Shown: positions 32,991 through 41,596 of the stretch, one piece after another
Layout of the letters: every line of letters starts with the position of its first letter
Numbering within the stretch: position 1 is the first letter of the stretch
Source: a bacterium
GTDB taxonomy: Bacteria; Patescibacteriota; Microgenomatia; UBA12405
Direction of reading: 5' to 3'
Assembly: GCA_021817905.1 (NCBI GenBank)
Contig: JAKAFM010000003.1
Coordinates: forward strand, 1-60,484
Length of the DNA stretch: 60,484 nt
Made by a program: the position numbers and the translations under genes
The notes under the pieces: generated by a model
Databases searched by the model: none
What the model was told of the DNA's origin: nothing
Seen by the model: only the letters and a program-made list of their open reading frames with translations

Positions 32991-35081
32991 ATGCCCAAGC
33001 GTGGACGAAAAAAACGTGGTGGTTTTCCGACACTTCATTTGAAAGCAGAAACAATCCAATCAATACTTTTTGTTGGCTTTGTTATTCTGGCGCTACTATC
33101 CATTTTTTCTTTCTTACAAATGGGGGCAGTTCCTACCAAATTAAATACCATTCTTGAGAATTATTTTGGTCTCGGTTCGCTATTAATTCCCTTCACCCTA
33201 CTATTAATCGCTTTTCTGTTTTCCCGGATTAAATCACCGCTTAAAGAACCAAATGTTTTCTTTGGTTTTTTTATCATGTTCATTGCCCTAATCAGTTTAC
33301 TTCGACAAGGATCCTTTGGGCTGTTCTTTTGGGATCAAATGGTTTTCTTGTTTACGCCGCTTCCGACTGCGCTTATTTACCTGGCCTCATTTATTATCGG
33401 TTTTGTAGTCCTTTTTAACACTTCAATCGCTACCATTGTTCGATTTTTTATTCAAATTGGTCGTTCAATTTACAAATATACTTTCGGAAGTCAATCAAAA
33501 AATAAAAACAAATCAGTAAAGGAATCTTCGGATACTATTTTTGTTCAAACCCCCGATCATGCCGCGAAAAAAGACGATAAGCCGCAGCAACCCGTACCGG
33601 TTATAGCCCTCCCTCACAGTGCTAAAACCTTAAGCACCTCAGCCTCTCATGCCTGGAAATATCCCCCCATGTCTATTTTTGACGATATCGCCGGAGCCAA
33701 GGCTGATCGTGGTGATGTTCGTAAAAATGCCCAAATTATTGAGCAAACTCTTGACTCATTTGGTATTACAGCCCGAGTTGTTGAGGTCAATAATAGCCCA
33801 TCAGTTACTCAATATGCTCTTGAAGTTGCCCTTGGTACTAAACTCGCCAAAATTGTTAATTTAGGTAATGATATGGCCATGGCTTTGGCTGCTCCGGGTG
33901 GTCAAATTCGTGTCGAAGCTCCGATTCCCGGCCGTTCGCTGGTTGGTATTGAAGTCCCTAACCGATCGCTAGAAGTCGTTCCTATCCGTAAAATCATGGA
34001 TTCCGATGCCATGAAAGATTCCAAATCGAAAATAACTGTACCCTTAGGATTAGATGTTAGTGGTAAGCCGAAAGTAGCCACTATTGCCAAAATGCCGCAT
34101 GTCCTTATTGCTGGCCAAACAGGTTCAGGAAAATCAGTCTGTGTTAACTCATGGATCGCCAGTTTACTATTCAGAGCTTCTCCGGATGAATTACGCCTTA
34201 TTATGGTCGATCCCAAGCGTGTTGAATTAACTCCATATAATGGTATTCCTCATTTGCTTTCACCGGTAATTGTCGAACCTGAAAAAGTTGTTTCTGCACT
34301 CAAGTGGGCCGTTGGCGAAATGGAACATCGTTATAAAATTTTGGCTGATGTCGGTGCTAAAAATATTGAAGGCTATAACGATACTGCCGGTTTCCAAAGC
34401 TTGCCTTATATCGTTATCATTATTGATGAATTGGCCGATATCATGCTCTATAATCCGGCCGAAGTTGAAGACAATATCTGTCGAATTGCACAAATGGCAC
34501 GGGCGGTTGGTATTCATCTCGTTTTGGCAACCCAACGCCCCTCAGTTGATATCATTACGGGATTGATTAAAGCCAATATTCCTACCCGTATGGCTTTTGC
34601 TGTTTCCTCTATGACCGATTCTCGGGTCATCCTAGATAGTCCCGGCGCTGAAAAATTACTTGGTAGGGGAGATATGCTTTATATTCCTCCTGAATTAGCC
34701 AAACCGGTCCGTATCCAGGGTTGTTTTATTACCGACAAAGAGATCAATCGTTTGATCGATTTTCTCAAAGCCCAAAAAGCCACCGAATATAATGATCAAA
34801 TTACCTCACAAGCGGTGCCGTCTCCGAATGCTATGAGCAAAAATACTGTCTCGGTTGGTGGTGAAGAACACGATGTTATCTTTAATGATGCAGTAACTTT
34901 AGTTCGTGATACTGGCAAAGCTTCAGCCTCATTGCTTCAACGACGTCTCAAACTTGGTTATGCCCGCGCTGCCCGTGTTCTTGACGAAATGGAACATGCC
35001 GGTCTAATTGGACCATCAAACGGAGCCAAACCACGCGAAATTCTTATGCCCCATAATACTTCTGACGATACCCAAGAGTAG
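32991..35081 (+). CDS. ftsK: DNA translocase FtsK/SpoIIIE
   Basis: N-terminal TM helices, motor domain (PHVLIAGQTGSGKS; IIIDELAD) and a C-terminal gamma wHTH (LLQRRLKLGYARAARVLDEME). Confidence 0.93.
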   Translation: MPKRGRKKRGGFPTLHLKAETIQSILFVGFVILALLSIFSFLQMGAVPTKLNTILENYFGLGSLLIPFTLLLIAFLFSRIKSPLKEPNVFFGFFIMFIALISLLRQGSFGLFFWDQMVFLFTPLPTALIYLASFIIGFVVLFNTSIATIVRFFIQIGRSIYKYTFGSQSKNKNKSVKESSDTIFVQTPDHAAKKDDKPQQPVPVIALPHSAKTLSTSASHAWKYPPMSIFDDIAGAKADRGDVRKNAQIIEQTLDSFGITARVVEVNNSPSVTQYALEVALGTKLAKIVNLGNDMAMALAAPGGQIRVEAPIPGRSLVGIEVPNRSLEVVPIRKIMDSDAMKDSKSKITVPLGLDVSGKPKVATIAKMPHVLIAGQTGSGKSVCVNSWIASLLFRASPDELRLIMVDPKRVELTPYNGIPHLLSPVIVEPEKVVSALKWAVGEMEHRYKILADVGAKNIEGYNDTAGFQSLPYIVIIIDELADIMLYNPAEVEDNICRIAQMARAVGIHLVLATQRPSVDIITGLIKANIPTRMAFAVSSMTDSRVILDSPGAEKLLGRGDMLYIPPELAKPVRIQGCFITDKEINRLIDFLKAQKATEYNDQITSQAVPSPNAMSKNTVSVGGEEHDVIFNDAVTLVRDTGKASASLLQRRLKLGYARAARVLDEMEHAGLIGPSNGAKPREILMPHNTSDDTQE

Positions 35082-35092
35082 GTATATTCCGC

Positions 35093-35698
35093 ATGACCAA
35101 AGTTACCACGCTGCTTAAAACCGTAAGGGAAGAAAAAGGCTATGAATTAAGTGAAATTTCTAAAAAAATTAAAATACCAGTCAAATATCTCGCTGCTTTC
35201 GAAGATGGTAATATTCATCACTACCCCCATGAGCCATATTGCTCACTATCGGTCAAGGAATATGCGGATTTTTTAGGCCTAGATGGTCAAGAGATTCTCA
35301 AAATATTTCGACGTGATTATGTTCAAAAGACCGAAGTTGATAATGTTATATCCAAATCAAATGGTATTACTCCCAAGGTAACTTTTACCGTTCTGGTTGT
35401 TTTTATTATTGGTTTATTTACAATTTATCTCGGTAATGAGTATCTCAAATATACCCAACCCCCTCAACTCACAATCGATTGGCCTAGTTTAGTTACCACA
35501 GATGTTATTGAAATTACTGGAAAAACAAATCCTGACGCTACCGTCAGAATTAATCAAGATTTAGTTATTGTGAACAGTGATGGCACATTTTCCAAAAAAA
35601 TCAGTCTCAAAACTGATACTACTAAAGTTGTTGTCGAATCACAATCTCTCAGTGGTAAATCAACCATCCAAGAAAAAACATTTACCTTAAGTAAGTAG
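35093..35698 (+). CDS. RodZ-like bitopic protein (cytoplasmic HTH, TM, extracytoplasmic beta domain)
   Basis: XRE-type HTH (LKTVREEKGYELSEISKKIKIPVKYLAAFEDG), a single TM and an Ig-like-looking C-terminus. Confidence 0.6.
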   Translation: MTKVTTLLKTVREEKGYELSEISKKIKIPVKYLAAFEDGNIHHYPHEPYCSLSVKEYADFLGLDGQEILKIFRRDYVQKTEVDNVISKSNGITPKVTFTVLVVFIIGLFTIYLGNEYLKYTQPPQLTIDWPSLVTTDVIEITGKTNPDATVRINQDLVIVNSDGTFSKKISLKTDTTKVVVESQSLSGKSTIQEKTFTLSK

Positions 35699-35704
35699 TA
35701 TACT
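35699..35704 (+). promoter_or_regulatory. -10 box TATACT exactly 6 nt upstream of ATG 35711
   Basis: The sequence reads agTATACTcattttATG. Confidence 0.45.
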
Positions 35705-35710
35705 CATTTT

Positions 35711-35977
35711 ATGGATTCATCTCAGCTAATTATCACACTGGCAATTGTCGTTATTGCTTTCACCTTTGTCTTTATTGGCATATGGATGGTGTTAGTGTTA
35801 GCAGCCATTAGAACTGGTCTAAAAAAGATAAATCAAATATTAGACACTACTTCCGAAATTACCGCTTCTATCGCCACCCCCGTCTCTTCGTTTTCCGAAT
35901 TTTTAATGGGTTTCAAAAATGGTTTTGCCGTGTTTAATAAATTTTTTAAAAACAAATCCAGCAAACATGAGGAATAA
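35711..35977 (+). CDS. Small membrane protein, DUF948/YtxG-like
   Basis: 88 aa. An N-terminal TM is followed by a helical region, the layout of DUF948. The family call is from memory. Confidence 0.45.
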   Translation: MDSSQLIITLAIVVIAFTFVFIGIWMVLVLAAIRTGLKKINQILDTTSEITASIATPVSSFSEFLMGFKNGFAVFNKFFKNKSSKHEE

Positions 35978-36260
35978 TTGTGGACATTATTCTGATAATG
36001 AAACCCGTTCTGATTCTGGCTTTATGGCGGGTATGATTTTTGGAGCTGTCATAGCGGCCATTGTTGCTATAGTAATTTATAAAAATAAAGATTCGGAAGT
36101 CATTAGCCAATTCAAAAAGAAAATAAATGATTTTCTTAATAATGCCGTTACTGACGAAAAAAAATCTAAAAAAAAGGTAATTGCCGTGGCAAACAAATCT
36201 TTCTCGAAAGTCAAAAAAGCTGTCCATCTCCCTAAAAAGTTTTTTAAGAAAGATCAATAG
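35967..36260 (+). CDS. YtxH-like small membrane protein with a Lys-rich tail
   Basis: TM GFMAGMIFGAVIAAIVAIVIY followed by a charged helix. The start could instead be ATG 36024. The mirror minus-strand ORF is Phe-rich junk. Confidence 0.45.
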   Translation: MRNNCGHYSDNETRSDSGFMAGMIFGAVIAAIVAIVIYKNKDSEVISQFKKKINDFLNNAVTDEKKSKKKVIAVANKSFSKVKKAVHLPKKFFKKDQ

Positions 36261-36263
36261 ATT

Positions 36264-36272
36264 TGTTATAAT
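36264..36272 (+). promoter_or_regulatory. Extended -10 box TGTTATAAT exactly 6 nt upstream of the alaS ATG
   Basis: The sequence reads ttTGTTATAATcagcctATG. Confidence 0.55.
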
Positions 36273-36278
36273 CAGCCT

Positions 36279-38039
36279 ATGAATGCACGTGAGTTAAAAG
36301 ACATATTTGTCAACTTCTTTATTACCAAAGGTCATGTTGAAATTCCCTCAGCCTCATTAATTCCGGAGAATGATCCTTCAACACTTTTTATTTCCGCCGG
36401 TATGCACCCCTTAGTTCCATATTTGCTAGGCCAACCACATCCGCAGGGTGTTCGTCTGGTAGACGTTCAAAAATGTGTTCGGACGGGCGATATAGATGAC
36501 GTCGGTGACACTACCCATCATACTTTTTTTGAAATGCTGGGAAATTGGTCACTCGGTGATTATTTTAAAAAAGATATGATCGCGTCCAGCTTCGAGTTTT
36601 TGACTTCCAAAAAATATCTCAATATTGATCCTAAATATCTTGCAATAACCTGTTTTATCGGTGATGAAAATGCCCCAAAAGATAACGACAGTGCCACATT
36701 TTGGTTAACTCAAGGTATTCCTCAATCCAAAATTGCCTTTTTACCAAAAGAAAACAATTGGTGGGGTCCCGCCGGTACTACGGGGCCTTGTGGACCAGAC
36801 TCGGAAATGTTTTATTGGACAGGGGATGGTGCCGCCCCTCAAGCGTTTGATCCAAACGATACTCGATGGGTAGAAATTTGGAACGATGTTTTCATGCAAT
36901 ACAATAAAAACGCTGATGGTAACTATGTTTTACTAACCAAGCCCAATGTTGATACTGGTATGGGTGTTGAACGCACTACCGCAGTTCTTAATGGTTTTGC
37001 TGACAATTATCTAACCACAATTTGGCAACCGATTATAAAAAAAATTGAAGAAATATCCGATAAGAAATATTACGATGATCTCAAAGCCTTTCGTATTATT
37101 GCTGATCATCTTCGGACAGCTGTTTTTATGATCGCCGATGGTGTTCAGCCATCTAATAAGGAAGCCGGTTACGTTTTGCGACGCGTTATTCGTCGTGCCA
37201 TTCGTCAGGGAAAACTATTGGGAATCGAATCTAATTTCACCAAATTAATCGCCCAAAGTGTTTTAGATAATCAAGATAATTATGCCGGCGTTTATAGTGA
37301 ATTAAATCAAAATACCGCAAAAATACTAGAATTACTTGAAAACGAAGAAATTAAATTTCGAAAAACACTAAACAATGGTCTTAAAGAAATACAAAAATTA
37401 ATTGATCGTCAAAAAGCAGTATCCGGCTCTGAAGCCTTTGATCTATATCAAAGTTTTGGTTTTCCTGTCGAAATGATTGAAGAAGAGTTAAAAAGAAATA
37501 ACTTAACTTTAGATAGTGTTGAATTCAATCTAAAAAAACAAATGCATCAAAATCTATCGCAAACATTATCCGCTGGTAAATTTAAATCAGGCCTAGCTGA
37601 TCACAGCGAAATTATCACCAAATATCACACCGCCACCCACTTATTGCACCAGTCTTTGCGAAATATTTTAGGTCCACATGTCCAACAATCTGGCTCCAAT
37701 ATTACCAGAGAGCGTTTGAGATTTGATTTTTCCCATCCCGAAAAATTGACCGAAGATCAACTATCTAAGGTTGAAGCTATGGTCAACGATCAGATAAAGT
37801 TAGCCCTGCCGGTTACTATGGAAACCATGAAGTTTGTCGATGCTCAAAAAAGTGGTGCTCTGGCATTTTTTGGCACCAAATATCCTGATACTGTTTCAGT
37901 CTATACGATGGGGACATTTTCCAAAGAGGTTTGTACTGGTCCACATGTCACCAACACCAGTCTCCTTGGCCATTTTCACATCACTAAAGAAGAATCAGCC
38001 GGCTCAGGTAAGCGACGAATTTATGCGGTTTTGGACTAA
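36279..38039 (+). CDS. alaS: Alanyl-tRNA synthetase, C-terminally minimal (586 aa; catalytic + editing core, no C-Ala domain)
   Basis: Class II AlaRS motifs (FFEMLGNWSLGDYFK; WGPAGTTGPCGPDSE). Editing-site motifs HTATHLLH and CTGPHV lie near the end. Confidence 0.93.
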   Translation: MNARELKDIFVNFFITKGHVEIPSASLIPENDPSTLFISAGMHPLVPYLLGQPHPQGVRLVDVQKCVRTGDIDDVGDTTHHTFFEMLGNWSLGDYFKKDMIASSFEFLTSKKYLNIDPKYLAITCFIGDENAPKDNDSATFWLTQGIPQSKIAFLPKENNWWGPAGTTGPCGPDSEMFYWTGDGAAPQAFDPNDTRWVEIWNDVFMQYNKNADGNYVLLTKPNVDTGMGVERTTAVLNGFADNYLTTIWQPIIKKIEEISDKKYYDDLKAFRIIADHLRTAVFMIADGVQPSNKEAGYVLRRVIRRAIRQGKLLGIESNFTKLIAQSVLDNQDNYAGVYSELNQNTAKILELLENEEIKFRKTLNNGLKEIQKLIDRQKAVSGSEAFDLYQSFGFPVEMIEEELKRNNLTLDSVEFNLKKQMHQNLSQTLSAGKFKSGLADHSEIITKYHTATHLLHQSLRNILGPHVQQSGSNITRERLRFDFSHPEKLTEDQLSKVEAMVNDQIKLALPVTMETMKFVDAQKSGALAFFGTKYPDTVSVYTMGTFSKEVCTGPHVTNTSLLGHFHITKEESAGSGKRRIYAVLD

Positions 38040-38043
38040 TCTG

Positions 38044-38049
38044 TAGTAT
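38044..38049 (+). promoter_or_regulatory. Candidate -10 box TAGTAT 8 nt upstream of ATG 38058
   Basis: The sequence ctgTAGTATccttatctATG lies directly after the alaS stop. Confidence 0.3.
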
Positions 38050-38057
38050 CCTTATCT

Positions 38058-40214
38058 ATGGACAATGGCCCTAACTATTTTTGGTTAATCACGATTTCTG
38101 AAAACACTGTAAATGTCACCTTAGTATCGACAGTTCCTACCATTGCCACCATAACAACTAGTCGTGAAATTGCTTGGGGTGATGATGGTCAGGATATTAT
38201 CACTGCTGTCGATAATGCAATTGCCTCGTGTGGTCAATTGTCCTCACTTCCCACTGACCAAGAGCCTGATCGCGCCGCCTTTATTATTTCTCCTTTTTGG
38301 GTAGCTTCCGATGGAAAAATTATTGATACTAAAATTAATTTAATTAAATCAATCTGCAAGCAATTGTCGCTCAACCCCATGGGATTTATGCCCTACGACG
38401 AGGCAATAGTCGAAGAAGCTAATAAAATCGAAGGCATTCCCGCCAGTTTTGTTTTAGCCTTTATCGATAATGGTCAGTTGATTGTTTCTTTAACCTATCT
38501 TGGAAAAATTAAAAGACGTTTACGAAAGTTGTTTTCAGGTAGATTTAAACCTGAATTATTAGAATCCAGCATTATCGAAATGAATGTTGAGTCAGCCCTT
38601 CCTCCGCTTATTAACCTTTGTGGATTAGTTGACGATAACCTTGGCCAGGAAGTTCGTAATTACCCTTGGGTTGGTAAAAAAAATACCGAAACCTTTTTAC
38701 ATATTCCTGAAGTCAAAATAATTTCCAAAGAAGAACTAATTCGTCTTTACGCCCGAATCATTGCCCGCCAAATCAATCCTGATCTTCCCATTGCCCCGTC
38801 ACCTCAACCGCCTCCGGAATTTATTCCAGAACCGGTTGTTGAGTTAGATAATACTCCAGAATCATCACTTGCTGATTTTGGTTTTTCCGAAGTCATGCCA
38901 CCCCCAGCAGATTCTACTCCGGAAACTGAAGCTGAACCAGAACCTTCTCCTCCAGACCATTCTCCGCTTTTAGATTCATCTAATTCGACTTCTGAACCAG
39001 CCACGGCATTCCAACCTCTTGTTAAAGTAATTAAATCATTTCCGGCAAAATCTTCAGTCAACGTCAAAATTTCTAATTTCAATTTGCCCTTATTACTATA
39101 TTGCGGGTTAGGTCTGTTTATTTTGATAAGCCTAGTGTTACAAATAATTTCTCGTGCCAACATTGATTTAGCTATTACGCCATATACCTTTAATCAAAAT
39201 GCCAAAATAACCGCCACCACTCAATCAACAACCATCTCCGGCTTTACCATCCCTGTCAGTCGCAAGGAAATTACTATTTCTGTTAGTGCTTCCACTCCAG
39301 CTACTGGAAAAAAGACGATAGGCGACAATGCTAAAGGCGAAATTATCGTTTTTAATAGTCTAGATAAAATTGAAAAAATCCCCAAAGGAACAACTCTCAT
39401 TTCCGATAAAAATCTAAAATTTACACTGGATAACGATGTTCAAGTTACTCCAGCCACCTCAGACCTTGATAAGGGTGTAATTACCCTCGGACAAACCAAA
39501 GTTATGGTAACTGCTGCTGATATTGGCCCTGAATACAATCTTGATAAAGACACTAAACTAAGTTTTAAAGACGCTACTTATAGTGAATTATTAGCCAAAA
39601 CAAATGGTAGTCTCACTGGCGGCTCCAAACAGACAATCAACGCCGTCAGTCTTGATGATAAAAACAAGTTAATTGCTCTTCTAAACCAAAGTATTACCAC
39701 CGCTATTGACGCCAAAACAAAATCTGAATTCGGGTCACTTGATCTTGCCCTCAAAGGTACCACCTCTATTTCCAAAAATCCTATCGATATGAATCGTGAA
39801 GTAGGGGAGCAAGCAGATTCGGTTGATGCTACCCAAACAGCTACCGTAAGTATCTTTGTTTTATCTTCAGAAACAAAACAGCAGCTTATCAATCTCATTG
39901 TTGGTAAAGACCCCAGCTATCAACTGGTTGACCCGGCCACTGCCCAGTTTGACCTGACGTTTGATAGTACTTCGGCAACCGACACTCAAGCACAGGGGAC
40001 AATGACCGTTACCGGCAGTGCCCTCCCCAAGATCGACACGTTCAGTCTTGCCCAACAACTAAAATTAACTACCCTTTCAAAAGCTAAAACTTTAATACGA
40101 CGTATTGTTCCGCGAGCCTATGATGTCCAGATTAACCTTCATAGCTATAGCCCACTTAAACTAATTGATCTTTTGCCATTCAACCCTGACAATATTAAAA
40201 TACAAGTTCACTAA
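38058..40214 (+). CDS. Bitopic 718-aa protein: cytoplasmic actin/Hsp70-fold-like N-domain, Pro/Glu-rich linker, one TM, large extracytoplasmic domain (baseplate-J-like?)
   Basis: Long intact ORF. TM LPLLLYCGLGLFILISLVLQIIS lies at about 39084-39152. The N-domain segment AAFIISPFWVASDG...LNPMGFMPYDEAIVEE resembles the Hsp70/FtsA segment AVITVPAYF...IVNEPTAS. Domain calls are pattern recognition only. Confidence 0.6.
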   Translation: MDNGPNYFWLITISENTVNVTLVSTVPTIATITTSREIAWGDDGQDIITAVDNAIASCGQLSSLPTDQEPDRAAFIISPFWVASDGKIIDTKINLIKSICKQLSLNPMGFMPYDEAIVEEANKIEGIPASFVLAFIDNGQLIVSLTYLGKIKRRLRKLFSGRFKPELLESSIIEMNVESALPPLINLCGLVDDNLGQEVRNYPWVGKKNTETFLHIPEVKIISKEELIRLYARIIARQINPDLPIAPSPQPPPEFIPEPVVELDNTPESSLADFGFSEVMPPPADSTPETEAEPEPSPPDHSPLLDSSNSTSEPATAFQPLVKVIKSFPAKSSVNVKISNFNLPLLLYCGLGLFILISLVLQIISRANIDLAITPYTFNQNAKITATTQSTTISGFTIPVSRKEITISVSASTPATGKKTIGDNAKGEIIVFNSLDKIEKIPKGTTLISDKNLKFTLDNDVQVTPATSDLDKGVITLGQTKVMVTAADIGPEYNLDKDTKLSFKDATYSELLAKTNGSLTGGSKQTINAVSLDDKNKLIALLNQSITTAIDAKTKSEFGSLDLALKGTTSISKNPIDMNREVGEQADSVDATQTATVSIFVLSSETKQQLINLIVGKDPSYQLVDPATAQFDLTFDSTSATDTQAQGTMTVTGSALPKIDTFSLAQQLKLTTLSKAKTLIRRIVPRAYDVQINLHSYSPLKLIDLLPFNPDNIKIQVH

Positions 40215-40219
40215 TTCCT

Positions 40220-40963
40220 TTGAGTTTAATCTACATAAAAAAGGCTGATGCCTTTTCGTCTTCATCGAACAATAAGTCACTACCCCGTCGACTTAGCCCG
40301 AAAGTACGAAAAATCACCGCGCTTGTTCTTTTTGGTATTGGATTTATTACTCTATCATCAGCCATTTTTCCTTTGGTCAGATTTCAGATTGAATATTCTA
40401 GTAAATTTGGTGAAGTTATCAACCCACTTTCGGCACAATTTTATAATCAAACCGGTCGAGTCCTAGGCGACATGACTACCGATTACACCCAACTTTCAAA
40501 TTGGTTCACCACCCCCGACAAAATTCCCACGACTGCCTCTTCTGAAACCCCGATGCAATATCACATCTCCATTCCGGCAGCTAAAATTGACGATGCTGTT
40601 GTGACTATTGGAAGTATGGATCTTAAAAAAAGTTTGGTCCAATATCCTCAAACTGCGCTTCCTGGACAATTGGGAAACACGGTTATCTTCGGACATTCGG
40701 TTTTACCACAGTTTTTCAATCCAAAATCTTACTTAACCATATTCTCAACCCTTTACCGACTTAAAACCGGTGACGAAATATATTTAAAATTCGGCAATAT
40801 TACCTACAAATACCTGATCGATGATATGTTTGAAGTTCAGCCTACCGATCTCTCAGTTCTTGAACAGAGGTTTGACGGCCGCTACCTTACCCTTATTACC
40901 TGCAGTCCCCCCGGGACCTATATCCGTCGTCTAATTATCAAAGCCCAAATTGCCGACTTCTAA
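40220..40963 (+). CDS. Sortase-family transpeptidase
   Basis: N-terminal TM, catalytic His (TVIFGHS), the TLITC motif and a downstream Arg (YIRRLIIKA). TTG start 5 nt after the upstream stop. Confidence 0.85.
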   Translation: MSLIYIKKADAFSSSSNNKSLPRRLSPKVRKITALVLFGIGFITLSSAIFPLVRFQIEYSSKFGEVINPLSAQFYNQTGRVLGDMTTDYTQLSNWFTTPDKIPTTASSETPMQYHISIPAAKIDDAVVTIGSMDLKKSLVQYPQTALPGQLGNTVIFGHSVLPQFFNPKSYLTIFSTLYRLKTGDEIYLKFGNITYKYLIDDMFEVQPTDLSVLEQRFDGRYLTLITCSPPGTYIRRLIIKAQIADF

Positions 40964-40982
40964 TAAACCCTATTGAATGGTT

Positions 40983-40991
40983 TGTTACAAT
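40983..40991 (+). promoter_or_regulatory. Extended -10 box TGTTACAAT 8 nt upstream of the ruvX ATG
   Basis: The sequence reads ttTGTTACAATaactccatATG. Confidence 0.5.
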
Positions 40992-40999
40992 AACTCCAT

Positions 41000-41362
41000 A
41001 TGAATGCACTTGGCCTTGATTTTGGAACCAAACGTATCGGTATTGCCATCGCCGTAAACGGTGTCATTATCCCTCAAACAACCCAGATTAATAACCCTCT
41101 TATCTTTGATAAGTTTCAAAAAATAATTGATGAATATCAACTCTCAGTTATCTACGTCGGGCTTTCTCAAGGAAAAATTGCCAACCTTACTAGAGACTTT
41201 ATTGAACAACTAAAGACAAAAGTTACCATTCCTATAGAAACAGTCGACGAATCTGTCTCAACAATTGAAGCCCAAAATTACATTGCCCCCGGGAAAAAAA
41301 AATATTCACATAAAATAGATGGTATCGCCGCTGCTATAATACTGCAACGGGCTTTGATATAA
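41000..41362 (+). CDS. ruvX: Putative pre-16S rRNA nuclease / Holliday-junction-resolvase-like YqgF
   Basis: 120 aa. LGLDFGTKRIGIAI N-terminus and DESVSTIEA acidic motif, typical of YqgF. Confidence 0.85.
   Translation: MNALGLDFGTKRIGIAIAVNGVIIPQTTQINNPLIFDKFQKIIDEYQLSVIYVGLSQGKIANLTRDFIEQLKTKVTIPIETVDESVSTIEAQNYIAPGKKKYSHKIDGIAAAIILQRALI
41332..41340 (+). promoter_or_regulatory. Extended -10 element TGCTATAAT inside the ruvX 3' end (candidate internal promoter)
   Basis: Third exact copy of the 9-mer, 55 nt before ATG 41396. Confidence 0.35.
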
Positions 41363-41395
41363 ATAATAAATCATTTATAATTTTAGATAATAACT

Positions 41396-41596
41396 ATGTT
41401 TAAAAACTTAATTGCTCCAGTACAGGCTTGGCTACTTACCCAAAAAAGATGTGTCGGTTGTGGAGCACCCCTTAAAGATGGTTCTAAAAAAGATGTTCAC
41501 GGTAAAACTACGGTTACTTGCAAATGCGGTCGTATATTTATTCACGATTCCAAAACCAATAGCTTCCGTCGTGCTTTATTTTCCGAAGTGAAATGA
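41396..41596 (+). CDS. Small zinc-ribbon protein (66 aa)
   Basis: CVGC...(18 aa)...CKC forms a four-Cys ribbon pattern. Its TGA overlaps the mltG ATG (ATGA). Confidence 0.5.
   Translation: MFKNLIAPVQAWLLTQKRCVGCGAPLKDGSKKDVHGKTTVTCKCGRIFIHDSKTNSFRRALFSEVK

Noticed and set aside
35946-36257. A minus-strand 103-aa ORF spanning the same interval as the YtxH-like gene.
   Set aside because: The minus-strand translation is Phe-rich, the antisense of Lys codons, and has no TM/charge organisation. The plus-strand product has a clean TM + amphipathic tail design and sits in an operon with a DUF948-like gene.
38804-39163. Antisense ORFs opposite Pro-rich regions (38804..39163, 43943..44344, 53664..54113; 119-149 aa), which are Gly/Ser/Val-rich.
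   Set aside because: They are mirror images of CCN-rich Pro linkers, since GGN codons contain no stops. They coincide exactly with the low-complexity segments of the sense genes.
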